A stretch of 63,481 nucleotides of DNA, the filler included, from Thraustochytrium aureum (Eukaryota): assembly GCA_012862495.1 (NCBI GenBank). It is 5 parts of 4 records of this genome, joined end to end, with 100 filler letters (N's around TTAATTAATTAA, not from the genome) between each part and the next. Parts side by side here need not be neighbours in the genome. Positions count along the whole stretch, not along the records: positions 31,047 to 50,208 come from BLSG01000254.1; positions 50,309 to 61,800 come from BLSG01000254.1; 3 more parts are not named here. The stretch is one strand, 5' to 3'. Under the pieces are notes generated by a model. It saw nothing but the letters and a program-made list of their open reading frames with translations. It was not told the origin of the DNA and did not search any database. Shown piece after piece: positions 45,205-56,126 of this stretch. Position 1 is the first letter of the stretch. Each line of letters starts with the position of its first letter. A program made the translations under genes and the position numbers.

Positions 45205-45655
45205 AAGACAACTCACGGCCCCTCAGGGCCTCCCCCGCTCCCCAAACGCCACTGAACAGAACGGGATTCCTGCGGGTTCCCTTCTGTGCCCCTCTATTTA
45301 TAGAATTGTAAGGGTGTAAGGTTTGTTTTAAAATTTATATAGAGGGTAGGTGGGCGAATCTATCCGTTGGAAGGAGGGCGTTTTTTCAATGGCGAGCGGA
45401 CCAGACGCCGGTTGAACGAGGACGGCCAAGGCCGCAGCCACGCCGGCTGCGCCGTTTGGCGATCGCAGTCTGGTCTTCGTACTCGACCATCGGGGCCTGG
45501 TCTTGTTGGGCGGCGCTGGGTCCCCTTACTTCGTCTTGGGCACGACGCGCCGCCGCCCGCGCGTTTGACGAAACGCTCCCCCGGCGGCGTCGTGCTTGGA
45601 GGCGAGCAAAGCGCTTGCGAGAGGCCTCTGGGGCCGGCGGGCTGGCGCCAGAAGC

Positions 45656-46906
45656 ATGACGATTCCCGCGCCTGCGTGCGAGGCGACGGCGTGCTGGAGG
45701 GTCGTCGAGGGCCTGCTGATTGGCGTCTTGCTCGTCGCGAACGGGGCTATCGTATTCTACGTGTACTTGAATAAGCGCGCGCTGGAGAAATTGGTCACGG
45801 CCACCAACGAAGGATTGGAGACGGTATCGAGCTCTGGCGGACCCGTTCCCCAGTTCCTTGGGCACAAGCGCGCCTGGACAGAGCGTGTCGAAGGGGCCGC
45901 CAACATGGCCCGCGAAGGCACCAAGCGGTTCACGGCCAAGGTCATGCCCGAGTCAGGCCCGCGCCAGATCCAAAGGAATCTCACGCATGCGATGGGCCGG
46001 AGCCGCTCGCCCCGGCTCAAGTCCAAGGCACCAAACGACTGGGAGATCAACCCGAGAGAGGTGAAAATAGGCCGCAAGCTAGCCCAGGGCTCGTTCGGAG
46101 TGGTCTACAAGGGCGAGTGGTGCGGCATGACGGTGGCCGTCAAGGAGCCCATCAAAGACATCGCAAAAGAGATGCTGGACAAGTTTGTGATCGAGGTGGA
46201 CCTAATGACCAAGCTGCACCACCCGAACATCGTCGTCTGCCTCGGGGCCAGCTTGCAGCCTGGCAACATGCTGCTCCTGCTCGAGTACCTCGAAAGGGGC
46301 TGCCTCTACGACTTCCTGGGCAGCAAGGACGCCGAGACGATGCTGACCTACTCCAAGGTGGTCAAGTTCAACATCGACATCGCGCGGGGGATGCGCTACC
46401 TGCACAACAGGGCCAACGTGATTCAGCGCGACCTAAAGTCGCGCAACCTCCTCCTCGACGACTCGTACAATGTCAAGATTTGCGATTTCGGTCTCTCGCG
46501 GCTCAACCAACGACAGGACGACAACACAATGACGGCTTGCGGGACGCCATATTGGGCCGCGCCGGAGGTCATCATGGGCGAGGCGTACAATACCAAGGCC
46601 GACGTATTCAGCTATGCCATCGTGATGTGGGAGCTCATCACGCGCGACGAGCCCTACGATGGCAGGCCAGGCCTCGACATTGCTTATGCTGTTGCGCAAG
46701 ACGGGCTCCGGCCCAAAATTCCAAAGTACTGCCCAGACCGCTATCGCGACCTTATGGAGCAATGTTGGTCCCTCGAGCCCAGAAAGCGGCCCGACTTTTC
46801 GGAGATCCTAGAGCGCCTCCACGAGATTGCCCGCGGTATTAAGGCGAAGGCCATGGCAGAGGCGGCTGCAAGCCAACATGGCTCGAGGGCTGACGAACTG
46901 CCTTGA
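45656..46906 (+). CDS. Tyrosine-kinase-like (Raf/MAP3K-like) protein kinase with N-terminal TM helix
   Basis: GSFGVVYKG, VAVK, QRDLKSRN, DFG, GTPYWAAPE, DVFSYAIVMWEL, CW...P..RP.F; TM LLIGVLLVANGAIVFYVYL. Confidence 0.93.
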   Translation: MTIPAPACEATACWRVVEGLLIGVLLVANGAIVFYVYLNKRALEKLVTATNEGLETVSSSGGPVPQFLGHKRAWTERVEGAANMAREGTKRFTAKVMPESGPRQIQRNLTHAMGRSRSPRLKSKAPNDWEINPREVKIGRKLAQGSFGVVYKGEWCGMTVAVKEPIKDIAKEMLDKFVIEVDLMTKLHHPNIVVCLGASLQPGNMLLLLEYLERGCLYDFLGSKDAETMLTYSKVVKFNIDIARGMRYLHNRANVIQRDLKSRNLLLDDSYNVKICDFGLSRLNQRQDDNTMTACGTPYWAAPEVIMGEAYNTKADVFSYAIVMWELITRDEPYDGRPGLDIAYAVAQDGLRPKIPKYCPDRYRDLMEQCWSLEPRKRPDFSEILERLHEIARGIKAKAMAEAAASQHGSRADELP

Positions 46907-47174
46907 GGTCGAGTAGTTTATCACACGTAGACATAAAACCATCAGCCTGAGCTCGCTGTGAGCGAGTACTCGAATGCCGTACTCAGTACCCGCCATCCAT
47001 CGGGGACTTCGCCGCGCGACCAACCAGCCGAGTCCAACACCCACTTTCGGCACGCAGAGCTGCTCGCTCCGTCGAATCCCACCGGCCCTGACAGCGCCAA
47101 AGCATCCCAAGCCGGCACACAAGCAGCGCAAGGCCTCGCGCCCACGGCGCCCCGCTGTCCCACGAGCTCTGGGC

Positions 47175-47276
47175 CAACGACAACGACGACAACAACAACA
47201 ACGACAACAACAACGACAACGACAACAACAACGCCAACGACAACAACAACGACGACAACAACAACGACGACGACAA
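47175..47276. repeat. (ACA/ACG)n trinucleotide microsatellite
   Basis: About 100 bp of CAA/CGA mosaic in the kinase-nicastrin spacer. Confidence 0.9.
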
Positions 47277-47741
47277 AGCAGCACCACGCACGAAGCCGAG
47301 CGCGGCGCAGGCATTCACGTCAACGTCACAGGCCAAGTGTCGAGGCCAGCTCGGCGGGCGCCCACCATGTTCATCTCCTATACTCATCCACTACATGTAG
47401 GTATTGGAATTCGGAATCGGAGCATTTTTGTGCGTGTGCCAAAGACCAACTGACTCGCGTACCTGAGCAGACCCCCATCGCCTCGCGGTGCGCGCGCAGT
47501 GCTCGAAGGGCCGCAGGCATTGAGCGATCCAGTGCGTCAGCCAGTCGTTCGGCCAGCGCGCCTGCCGGCCGTCCGCTCGTTCGCCAGGCGCCTCCCGCCC
47601 CCCTCGCTCGCTCGCACGCAAGGAGGCGCATTGAGAAGCTCTTGCTTGTTGGTGTGGGTTGTGCTCGTGCCCGCGTGTGCCCGAGTTGGTCCAGCTCGGC
47701 GCGAAGCGCTCTGGGACTGCTGCGGCAGCGAACGCGAAGAT

Positions 47742-49871
47742 ATGGGGGCGTGGATGCGGCTGGCCGCGCTGGCGGCGGGCGCCGTGAGCGCCGTGGCTGC
47801 GCAGGAAGGTGTGAACGAGGTGGCCCAAGGCTTGTACATCGAGCTGGAAACCTGGCCGTGCAGCCGCGTGATTGCGGACGGCAAGGCCCTCGGGTGCGGG
47901 TCGCCGGAGAACGTGGAGGTCAGCGAGGGCGGTGTTCTTTACGGCGCGCGCACACTGGCGGATATCGACAAGCTGGCCGAGCAGGCGCCGGGCAACCTCG
48001 ACGGCGTCGCGGTCGTGCTCGATGACAGCCTCTTGGACCGGGCGGCGATGGACAAGCTCCTCGAACTCCACAAGGTCGTCCGCGTCGACAACGTGATTGT
48101 GACGATCTCCGCGGACGGCGCCAGGGCAGCTCGCAACCCCGACCCGGCCACCTCGTGGAATACCGAGGGCGACGGCATGGCCCACTTGACGATCCCGTTC
48201 TCGATGAGCCGGCTCAGGGACCAGACCAGCAGCGCGTTGGTCTGGGCGCGCGCCGACGAGAACACAGACCGCGGGTCCTGGGACGCGAACTGGCAACACC
48301 GGGCGCGGTTTCAGTTCTACATGGGCAAGACGACGGCGACGAGCCAAGACTGCCTTGCGCGCGGCAAGTGCGACCCGCTCGGGGGCCTCAGCGTCTGGGC
48401 CACGGTGGGGCAACTGCCAAAGTTCTCGCAGCCCAAGGTACTGCTGACCGCTGCGATGGACAGCACCGCGCACTTTCACGATCTCGCGTTCGGCCGCAAC
48501 AAGGGCGCATCGGGGATCGCCGCGGTCCTCCTGGCTGCCAAGGCCCTCGCCGACGTGCAAGATATCAGCCAGATCCTCGACCTCCCAAGCCAAATCATCG
48601 TCGCCCTGTTCCAGGGCGAGGCCTGGGGCCGCGTCGGCTCGCGCCGCTTTGTTCGCGACATTGGCACTGGACTTGGCTGCGAAGTCAAGGTGCAAAAGAC
48701 CCGGTTCAGCACCTGCGAGAAGCCCGCCATCTACTCGCTTGCCTGGCAGCACGTCGAGTTGGCCGAGATCTCGACCGTGATCGCCGTCGACCAGGTCGCC
48801 GAGGGCCTAGGGGCCGGGCAAGAGTACTTTGCGCACGTCGTCCCAGGGAGCGCGGCAAGCGCCGCGGTGGCCGAGACGGTGTTGGGGCTCGCCGCTGGCG
48901 CCACTAAACTCAAGCTCTCCAACGCGACGCGCGGCGAGCTGCCGCCCTCGTCGCTTGACAGCTTTCTCGAGGGCAAGGAGGGCACCTTTGGGCAGACGTG
49001 GTCGGGGACTGGGATCGTCGTCTCTGGGTACGACACGAAGTACGCGGACAACAGCCCGGACTTTCACTCGCGATACGACACCACGTCGGAGGCCAAGGAC
49101 GAGGAGGCCACCGCCAGGCGTATTGCAGAGCTCGCTACCGTGTGGCTCGGGCCGCCTTCGTGCAGGCTGGGGGGACGCGGGCACCGCGGCGGCGGCGATT
49201 TCGGTGGACGAGGCGCATGCGGTCGAGCTCTGGGGCTGCCTTGCGGTCGACATGAAGTGCGAGCTCGCGGCCAAGCTGTTCGGACTGGAGAACGTGGAGC
49301 AGCTGGCCCCCAAGCTGTCGGCGTCGTCCGCAACGGCCGCGTCGCGCCCGGCAAGCGGGCCCGTCCCGCTCTTTACGAGCGTGTACCGCCCCTACATGGT
49401 CGAGAACGACAATGCGCGCTTTATCGAGGCGTTTGTGCGTCTGTACCTGGCCGACTTTGCTGTGCCGCGCAACCCGCAGGTGCCTCCCCCTACTGAGGCA
49501 GAGCTCGGCGTGTGCAACAGGGACATCGACTGCCTGGCCTCGTCGGAGGAGTTTGGCTTTTCGTGCCCGCTCGGCAACAGCTCGTTCACCTGCATCCGGG
49601 GCCTCTGCAAGTGCGGCCCGGCGTTTTCCACGACGCCGTGGACCCGTCGCTGCACTACGACGATAGTCGCTACGTCCTTTCGCCAACGACCGCAACCATC
49701 TACACCGAGCCGACCTGGGCTGCTCCGTCGCTCTCGCTCTACAAAGACGCCAGCTCTTCCCTCACCTGGGTTTTGCTGCTGCTCGCCGGCGTCGCATCGA
49801 CGGTTTCCACCTACATGCTTGCCACGCGCGCGCGCCGCGCGCTGCAAGGCACCAAGCTCAAGCTCGAGTAG
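47742..49871 (+). CDS. NCSTN: Nicastrin (gamma-secretase subunit); frameshifts near 49143 and 49625
   Basis: Signal peptide; CDPLGGLSVW, AMDS..FHDLA.G, FQGEAWGRVGSRRF, LPPSSL, FHSRYD, IYTEPTW; C-terminal TM. Confidence 0.9.
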
Positions 49872-50252
49872 GACCGCCTGTACGTAGGTCTATCTATGTA
49901 AGAGTAATCTTTCGTTCGCATCAACGCCCGATCGACCGACAAGTTCCCATCCACGAGATCGGCAACCGAAAACCAGCAGGATTGACGCCGACGCTGGAAC
50001 ACCGTGCTCAACGGCATCGCGCATGCTAACCATGATCACGCTGACTCTTGCACGACGCGTCGAAGCAATAGATAGATTTCCAGCTTGGCCCACAAGGAGC
50101 AGAGTGCTCTAGCTAGCAAGATTCACTCCTGTTCGACCGCCGCTCTAGCTTGTATTCATTCTTGCACGGGGCGGTCCCGCCTTCGCACGTGAAATGGTAC
50201 TCACGTTANNNNNNNNNNNNNNNNNNNNNNNNNNNNNNNNNNNNNNNNNNNN

Positions 50253-50264
50253 TTAATTAATTAA
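50253..50264. other. Artificial scaffold linker TTAATTAATTAA
   Basis: Six-frame-stop 12-mer between N pads. Confidence 0.95.
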
Positions 50265-50308
50265 NNNNNNNNNNNNNNNNNNNNNNNNNNNNNNNNNNNN
50301 NNNNNNNN

Positions 50309-52111
50309 GCTTGGCCGACCTGCTCAAGCCCTGTGTTTTTTTGTCGGCAAGCTTGAAAACGTGCAGGGCGGCCAGGACGTTGGAGACGCGCCGCCGCACC
50401 GCTAGGCCGTGCGGGCCGTCCCAAAGGAGCGTCTCTAGGCGCTTTTGCGAGACCTTGCCGTACGTGCAAAACTTGTGGACGATCTGCGCGCGAGCGAACC
50501 AGGCCCACATGTGGCTCTCGACAAACTTGACGCGCTGCGCCTCGTGCATGTCGCGCGGGTTGACGCGCCAAAGCTTGAGCCAGCGGCCCAAGTCGTTCGC
50601 GTCGAGGCCGCAAAATCCGGCCAAGAGCGGCACGTTGATCGACGTGGCGGTCTGGGGCACCTTGGCCCACACGTGCCAGTACATGTTGGAAAAGTAGCCG
50701 AGGAAGAGTGTTCGGAGCGACAGGTTGGCGCACTCGACAAGCTGGCCGCAGGCCAACATCTGCATCTCCATCTGGTTCTGCGGCTTGAGCAGCTTTTCGA
50801 TGTATGTAGCCCCTTGTGGTGCGAGCTTTGGGCGCGGCACCATGTACGACTCGGCGGCGCGAAAGTTCTTCAGGAGCACGCCGAGCGCGTTGCCGGAAAA
50901 GTTGACGTTGAACAAGACCGTCTCCACGGGGTTGCCGCGCTTGTCGAACCGCCGCGCGAACCGCCGAAAAGTGACGGTCACCAACGGGAGCTGGCCGGCG
51001 CGGACTTGGCGAATCCGCGCAATAATGTGCGACGAGACCTGGTCGATGTGCAAGCCCTGCACGCTCACGCCGTGCACCGCAATGACCTCGTCCCCCATCA
51101 TGAGGCCCGAGATTTCGCCTTGCTGAGCAAACTCGAAAAACACGGGTGGAATCATGACAGGCACCGTCGCGATGCGGTCTTGCACGAACCGCGCGGCTGC
51201 CGGCGGCATCTTGGCCGAGCCCTCGAACTCTTCGTCGTCATCTGGGTCGTCTGCGGCGAGCGGGTCGTCGCGCTCGTTGGCCTCGGCCTCGCCAGGTTCG
51301 TCGCCGGCGGCTGCTTCCGGGGCGCCGCTCGAGGTTGACTTGCTGGCGTTGGAGGGCTTTTTCGGCGCGGCGCTCGCGGCCGGCTGGCTGCGCTGCAGAG
51401 CGGGGAAGAGGTCTTCGAGCCCCGTCTCCGCGCCCTTTGTGGTCGGCACGCGGTTGACGCGGTGGAACAGGGCCACCTTGAAGTCGTCCTGCACGTCCTC
51501 CTCGTACTCCCAGGTCGACTCGAGGTATGAGAGCTCGCACCACTTGACAAAGAAGACCTTGCGGACCACATTTTTCACGGCCGAGAACCTCTCGCGCTCC
51601 ACCGCGCTGAGCAAGTCGCGCATCTGCGGCTGTCCCCCACCGTCCGCTGTTCGCCCTCCGAGAAAGGTAAAGCTCGAAAGGTCGGCAACAATCTCCTCGT
51701 TTTGAACTTCCTCGACAATGTCCTTTTGGCCGAGGATGCGGTCCACGTCCGTGTAGCGCGGGTCAAAATACTCTAGGTCGCCGTCCTCGTTGCGGAAGTC
51801 GAGCATGCCTTGGCGCACCTTGTTCTTGAACTTGACGATCTGCATGTGCACGCGCCTGTCCATTTCGCGCAGCTTGTTCTCGTGCATCCACTGGACGTGC
51901 AGGTACGACTTGCCCTTAATCTTAACCAACAACTCGGACAGGGGCCCGCCGTCCGAGGCGGGCCGCATGCCCAGTATCCTGTCCACTTTTGGGCCGTTCT
52001 CTTCAGCCTTGAGCTCCTCCTCAATCTCCCTGGTCTCGCGCTCCTCCTCAGAGTCCATCAGGTCGTCATCGTTTTCATCAAAGTACTGCTCGAAGGTTCC
52101 CTTACGCACCC
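50309..52111 (-). CDS. Tandem-chromodomain protein (CHD-family N-terminal region) with PDZ-like segment; fragment
   Basis: VDRILG...LVKIKGKSYLHVQW and VDRIL...FFVKWCELSYLESTWE chromodomains; GLMMGDEVIAVHGVSVQG PDZ-like; no ATPase seen before the scaffold ends. Confidence 0.8.
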
Positions 52112-54339
52112 NNNNNNNNNNNNNNNNNNNNNNNNNNNNNNNNNNNNNNNNNNNNNNNNNNNNNNNNNNNNNNNNNNNNNNNNNNNNNNNNNNNNNNNNN
52201 NNNNNNNNNNNNNNNNNNNNNNNNNNNNNNNNNNNNNNNNNNNNNNNNNNNNNNNNNNNNNNNNNNNNNNNNNNNNNNNNNNNNNNNNNNNNNNNNNNNN
52301 NNNNNNNNNNNNNNNNNNNNNNNNNNNNNNNNNNNNNNNNNNNNNNNNNNNNNNNNNNNNNNNNNNNNNNNNNNNNNNNNNNNNNNNNNNNNNNNNNNNN
52401 NNNNNNNNNNNNNNNNNNNNNNNNNNNNNNNNNNNNNNNNNNNNNNNNNNNNNNNNNNNNNNNNNNNNNNNNNNNNNNNNNNNNNNNNNNNNNNNNNNNN
52501 NNNNNNNNNNNNNNNNNNNNNNNNNNNNNNNNNNNNNNNNNNNNNNNNNNNNNNNNNNNNNNNNNNNNNNNNNNNNNNNNNNNNNNNNNNNNNNNNNNNN
52601 NNNNNNNNNNNNNNNNNNNNNNNNNNNNNNNNNNNNNNNNNNNNNNNNNNNNNNNNNNNNNNNNNNNNNNNNNNNNNNNNNNNNNNNNNNNNNNNNNNNN
52701 NNNNNNNNNNNNNNNNNNNNNNNNNNNNNNNNNNNNNNNNNNNNNNNNNNNNNNNNNNNNNNNNNNNNNNNNNNNNNNNNNNNNNNNTTGAGGAGATGCT
52801 CCAGAAGAGCGCGCCTGGGTCCGAGTAGGGCTCCAGGCAAGCATGAGCCATCGCTCCAGGGGCGCCAGGTGCGCCAGTCGAGCCAGCGGCCATGTGAGCT
52901 TGCCTCATCGCGCGTTGCCTCATCGCGCGTTGCCTGGGCGGCGGCCTGGAGGCAAACAACGGTACTTTGGAGCGCGGCGCGCACCCCTACGTCGCGGCGG
53001 CGGCTGCGGCCTCGTGACGCCTGTAGCCCATGCCCCGTGCATCAAGAGCTGTTCCCCGTGGTCGGGCGCCCGTGGTCGTGCGCCGAGGCCACGGGCCGTG
53101 CGATGCAGCAGAATAGATCGGCGGCCTCGCCACGCTGACGGCGCCGCTCGCCGGCAGACCACTTCGGTACGGAAGATATTGTAAAGTGAGCTTCCTGTTT
53201 TCTCACCTTGCGCTTCAGCTGAGTGGAAGCCCGCATTTAAAACCACGCATTTCGGATGAGATGTGGATCGAGCCATAGGTACTAGTAGAGTACCTACTCT
53301 ACTCCAGACCCCGATTGGGTCGAGCAGCGCGGCCATCCGTCATGGCGGCGAGCGCCCGCAAGGCCGCCCGCGGTCCATGTTCGCTCTAGAGCTAGAGATG
53401 ATTTGAACCGTGGAGCGAGGCGGACTGGGCAGGCTCGGAGTGGGCGAGCGCTGAGCGATCTCGGATGCAAGTCTCTTTGCCTGAGATGCGCGGGCGACTT
53501 GGCGTGAGTGACGCAGTGAGTGAGGGAGCGAGCGGGACACGGACGGGGCGCTTTTGGTGCGGACGGCGCTGTTCTTGCTGCTCGGCTCTGTCAAACGAGA
53601 ACCGCCGGGTGGTTTATAGTGTGCCAACATGGACTTGCAGCATACGCGCCGCCGCGTGCGGCCGCCATTGCGCACCGTACGCTGGCGCTTCTAACAAGGA
53701 GTTGCGAAACGCGAAAGGGTCGCCGTGCTTGCCTGGGTTTGCTTTGCTTTGCTTTGCTTGTCCCGTTCCCCTCGCGACTCGGACCGCTCGGTCCCCGCGT
53801 TCGCCCCAAACAGACGCTAACCCCCGGTCTTTTTCAGCAGCGCGCCAACCCGGCACGAGTACTCGTCCGCGGCGAGACGGCGCCCTCTCTAGCGCTAGAG
53901 AGTGGCAAGCGACGCGCTCGCATACGTCATGGCCGGACTGGCCGCCATTGCTCGTCCCGGCTGCGCAGACCAGGCTCGCCAGCTCTCATGGGTAGAGACG
54001 CCAGCTGCCAACCAACCCTGCAGGGCCCTCAAGCGCAAGCAAGCGCAGCGCATGACGCGCAGCACAAGTACTCTACGTAGAAAGAAGCCTGGCTCGGCAT
54101 GGCCGGACTGGCACAATTGTAGGCTCCAAAAACCCTTCGAGTTGATGTCCTCCACTCGCACTCGTATCCATCTCCACAGTCCACGGGCGCCAGACAGACC
54201 CCAATCGCAGCAGTTGCCTCGGGAGAGCCCGAGAAGCTCGCGGCTCAGGAGCGCGCCCGGCGCAGCCCGACAGGGACTCGTTCGTCCGGTCGCGTTGGAC
54301 AGCTCCGCGTGCCGTTGACTCGTTGGGCTCGTTGACGCA

Positions 54340-55935
54340 ATGGGACCCAAACCGGGTGCGCCGAGCGGGGTTGTCTACCCTGTGGGCCCCGACGGGCGAC
54401 CGTCGACGAGCGAGACGGGCAAAGCGCTCCTGGCCTCGAGCCTGCGGAGCATTGCGCAGGACGAGGCGAAACGCGTCGAGGAAGAGTCGAACTGGCGAGT
54501 CGGGTACGCCGACCACGTTATCGCTGCAGTACGCGCCGGCGCCTCGAGCAGCGAGGTCGCGCTGGCGTCTGCGCGAGACGGCCTCGATGCGTGCTGGAAA
54601 GCGTTTCGCTTTGAACGCGACGGCGCGTCGGTGGCCTTGGAGCAAGTGGTCCAAGGTCAAGGCGGCGGCGGGGGCGGGAAAACGCTGCGGACGGTCGAGG
54701 TTCGCGGCACGGGCCAGCGGCGCCCGCTCCAAGTGCCGTACGAGGGGCGACGGCTTTCGCCGCGCGCGTTTCTGCGGGTCGCGGACAAGTGGGCGGCCGA
54801 CGGCGTCGTGGAAGCGAGCGCAACCGCGGCCTGGCGTTGGGCGGTCGAACATGCCGCCGAGGTGGAGGCCGGGATGAGCGCCACCGTGTTTGTCGTGTTC
54901 GGGGCTGGGGCGGCGCTGGGGCCGTACGGCCCGCTTATGGAAGCGGGCGCTACTGTGGCGGCCGTCGACCTGCCCCGGGCCAGCGTCTGGGACCGGCTTT
55001 GCGACGAGGCGCGCCGATCCGAAGGCGGTCGCATGCTTGCGCCATCCGTGGACGGGACAGCGCTGGGGTGCGATCTGCTGACGCAGGCGCCAGAGATCGC
55101 CAGGTGGGTGTGCGAGCTTGAGCCCAGCAAGCGCCTCGTCCTCGGCAACTATGCGTACGCGGACGGGGGCGACTTTGTGCGCGTCGCGGTGGCCATGGAT
55201 CTCATCAACCAGTACGTCCTTCGCCACCGAGCGAACAAGGACATCGTGCTCAGCTACTTGTGCAGCCCCACTGATTGCTTCACCGTGCCGGCAGAAGCGC
55301 GTGCCGACTCGCGAGCGCGCTACGAGGCCTGGGGCCTCTCGCGGGCTCTGCGCCCCGCCCTCGTCGCGGCCACAGGAGGCGCTGTGCTGCAGCCGAATTT
55401 CGACCAAGCGGAAACCGCCTCCCTTCCAGCGAGCCCTGCAGGCGCCGGCCGCAGGGACCTCGCGGTGGATTGCTTTGTGCTCCAGCAGGGCCCAAACTAC
55501 GCTCTGGCAAAGCGCATCCAACACTGGCGCGCCATGCAGGCGCGCGCAGCGGGGGTCGCCGTGTCGTCCAACATCGCGCCGGCTTCCTCGACGGAGAGCG
55601 TGACGAAAAACGCGCTGCTCGCGGCAGGATACGGCGGCGCGCAGTTCTTCCCTCCAGTGACCATCTTTGAGCCGGCCACCGCCAACCACGTCATGTGCCT
55701 GCTTCTCATGCACGATGTTTTCAACCCGTCGAGCGTTTCATTTCCTGCAACAGAGCTCGAGCATCCGTTCGACCTCTTTTCGAGCGGTGCGGTGCATGGC
55801 GGGATGTGGCGCATGCCGTACAAGCTGAGGACCGTGCTCGAGACCGCGGTGGTGTGCTATTACTTTGACAGGTACAAGGGCCTGGTTTCTGCCGGGCTTG
55901 GCGCGCTGTGGGCTTTGAAATACGCGCGGCTTTGA
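54340..55935 (+). CDS. Conserved uncharacterised protein (531 aa) with a Rossmann-like GAGAALGP motif
   Basis: Intact ORF, biased codons; motifs NWR.GY, GNYAYADG, QGPNYALAKRIQHWRA, HGGMWR recalled from an uncharacterised family; C-terminal hydrophobic segment then ARL. Confidence 0.85.
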   Translation: MGPKPGAPSGVVYPVGPDGRPSTSETGKALLASSLRSIAQDEAKRVEEESNWRVGYADHVIAAVRAGASSSEVALASARDGLDACWKAFRFERDGASVALEQVVQGQGGGGGGKTLRTVEVRGTGQRRPLQVPYEGRRLSPRAFLRVADKWAADGVVEASATAAWRWAVEHAAEVEAGMSATVFVVFGAGAALGPYGPLMEAGATVAAVDLPRASVWDRLCDEARRSEGGRMLAPSVDGTALGCDLLTQAPEIARWVCELEPSKRLVLGNYAYADGGDFVRVAVAMDLINQYVLRHRANKDIVLSYLCSPTDCFTVPAEARADSRARYEAWGLSRALRPALVAATGGAVLQPNFDQAETASLPASPAGAGRRDLAVDCFVLQQGPNYALAKRIQHWRAMQARAAGVAVSSNIAPASSTESVTKNALLAAGYGGAQFFPPVTIFEPATANHVMCLLLMHDVFNPSSVSFPATELEHPFDLFSSGAVHGGMWRMPYKLRTVLETAVVCYYFDRYKGLVSAGLGALWALKYARL

Positions 55936-56126
55936 CGCACCCCTCTGCCGAGGTGCCGGGCCTGCCTTGGGGAAAGCAGCGCGTGCCTTGCGAAAGGGGC
56001 AAAGGGTCAGGTTTTCGTGGGCGGCAGCGAGCGCTAGAGCGACCGAGCAAAACACATAAACATAAAAGAAAAAACGCTTGCCCCAACGACCAACCCAAAC
56101 GCTACGTAGAGTATGTTACTTCCAAG

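Noticed and set aside
46958..48025. Poly-Thr mucin-like ORF
   Set aside because: Produced by an ACA/ACG microsatellite; it has a non-ATG start and overlaps nicastrin out of frame.
12425..52111. A chromatin gene cluster (SNF2, NASP, KDM4, RADX-like, CHD)
   Set aside because: The genes lie on four different scaffolds joined artificially; only SNF2 and NASP are truly adjacent.
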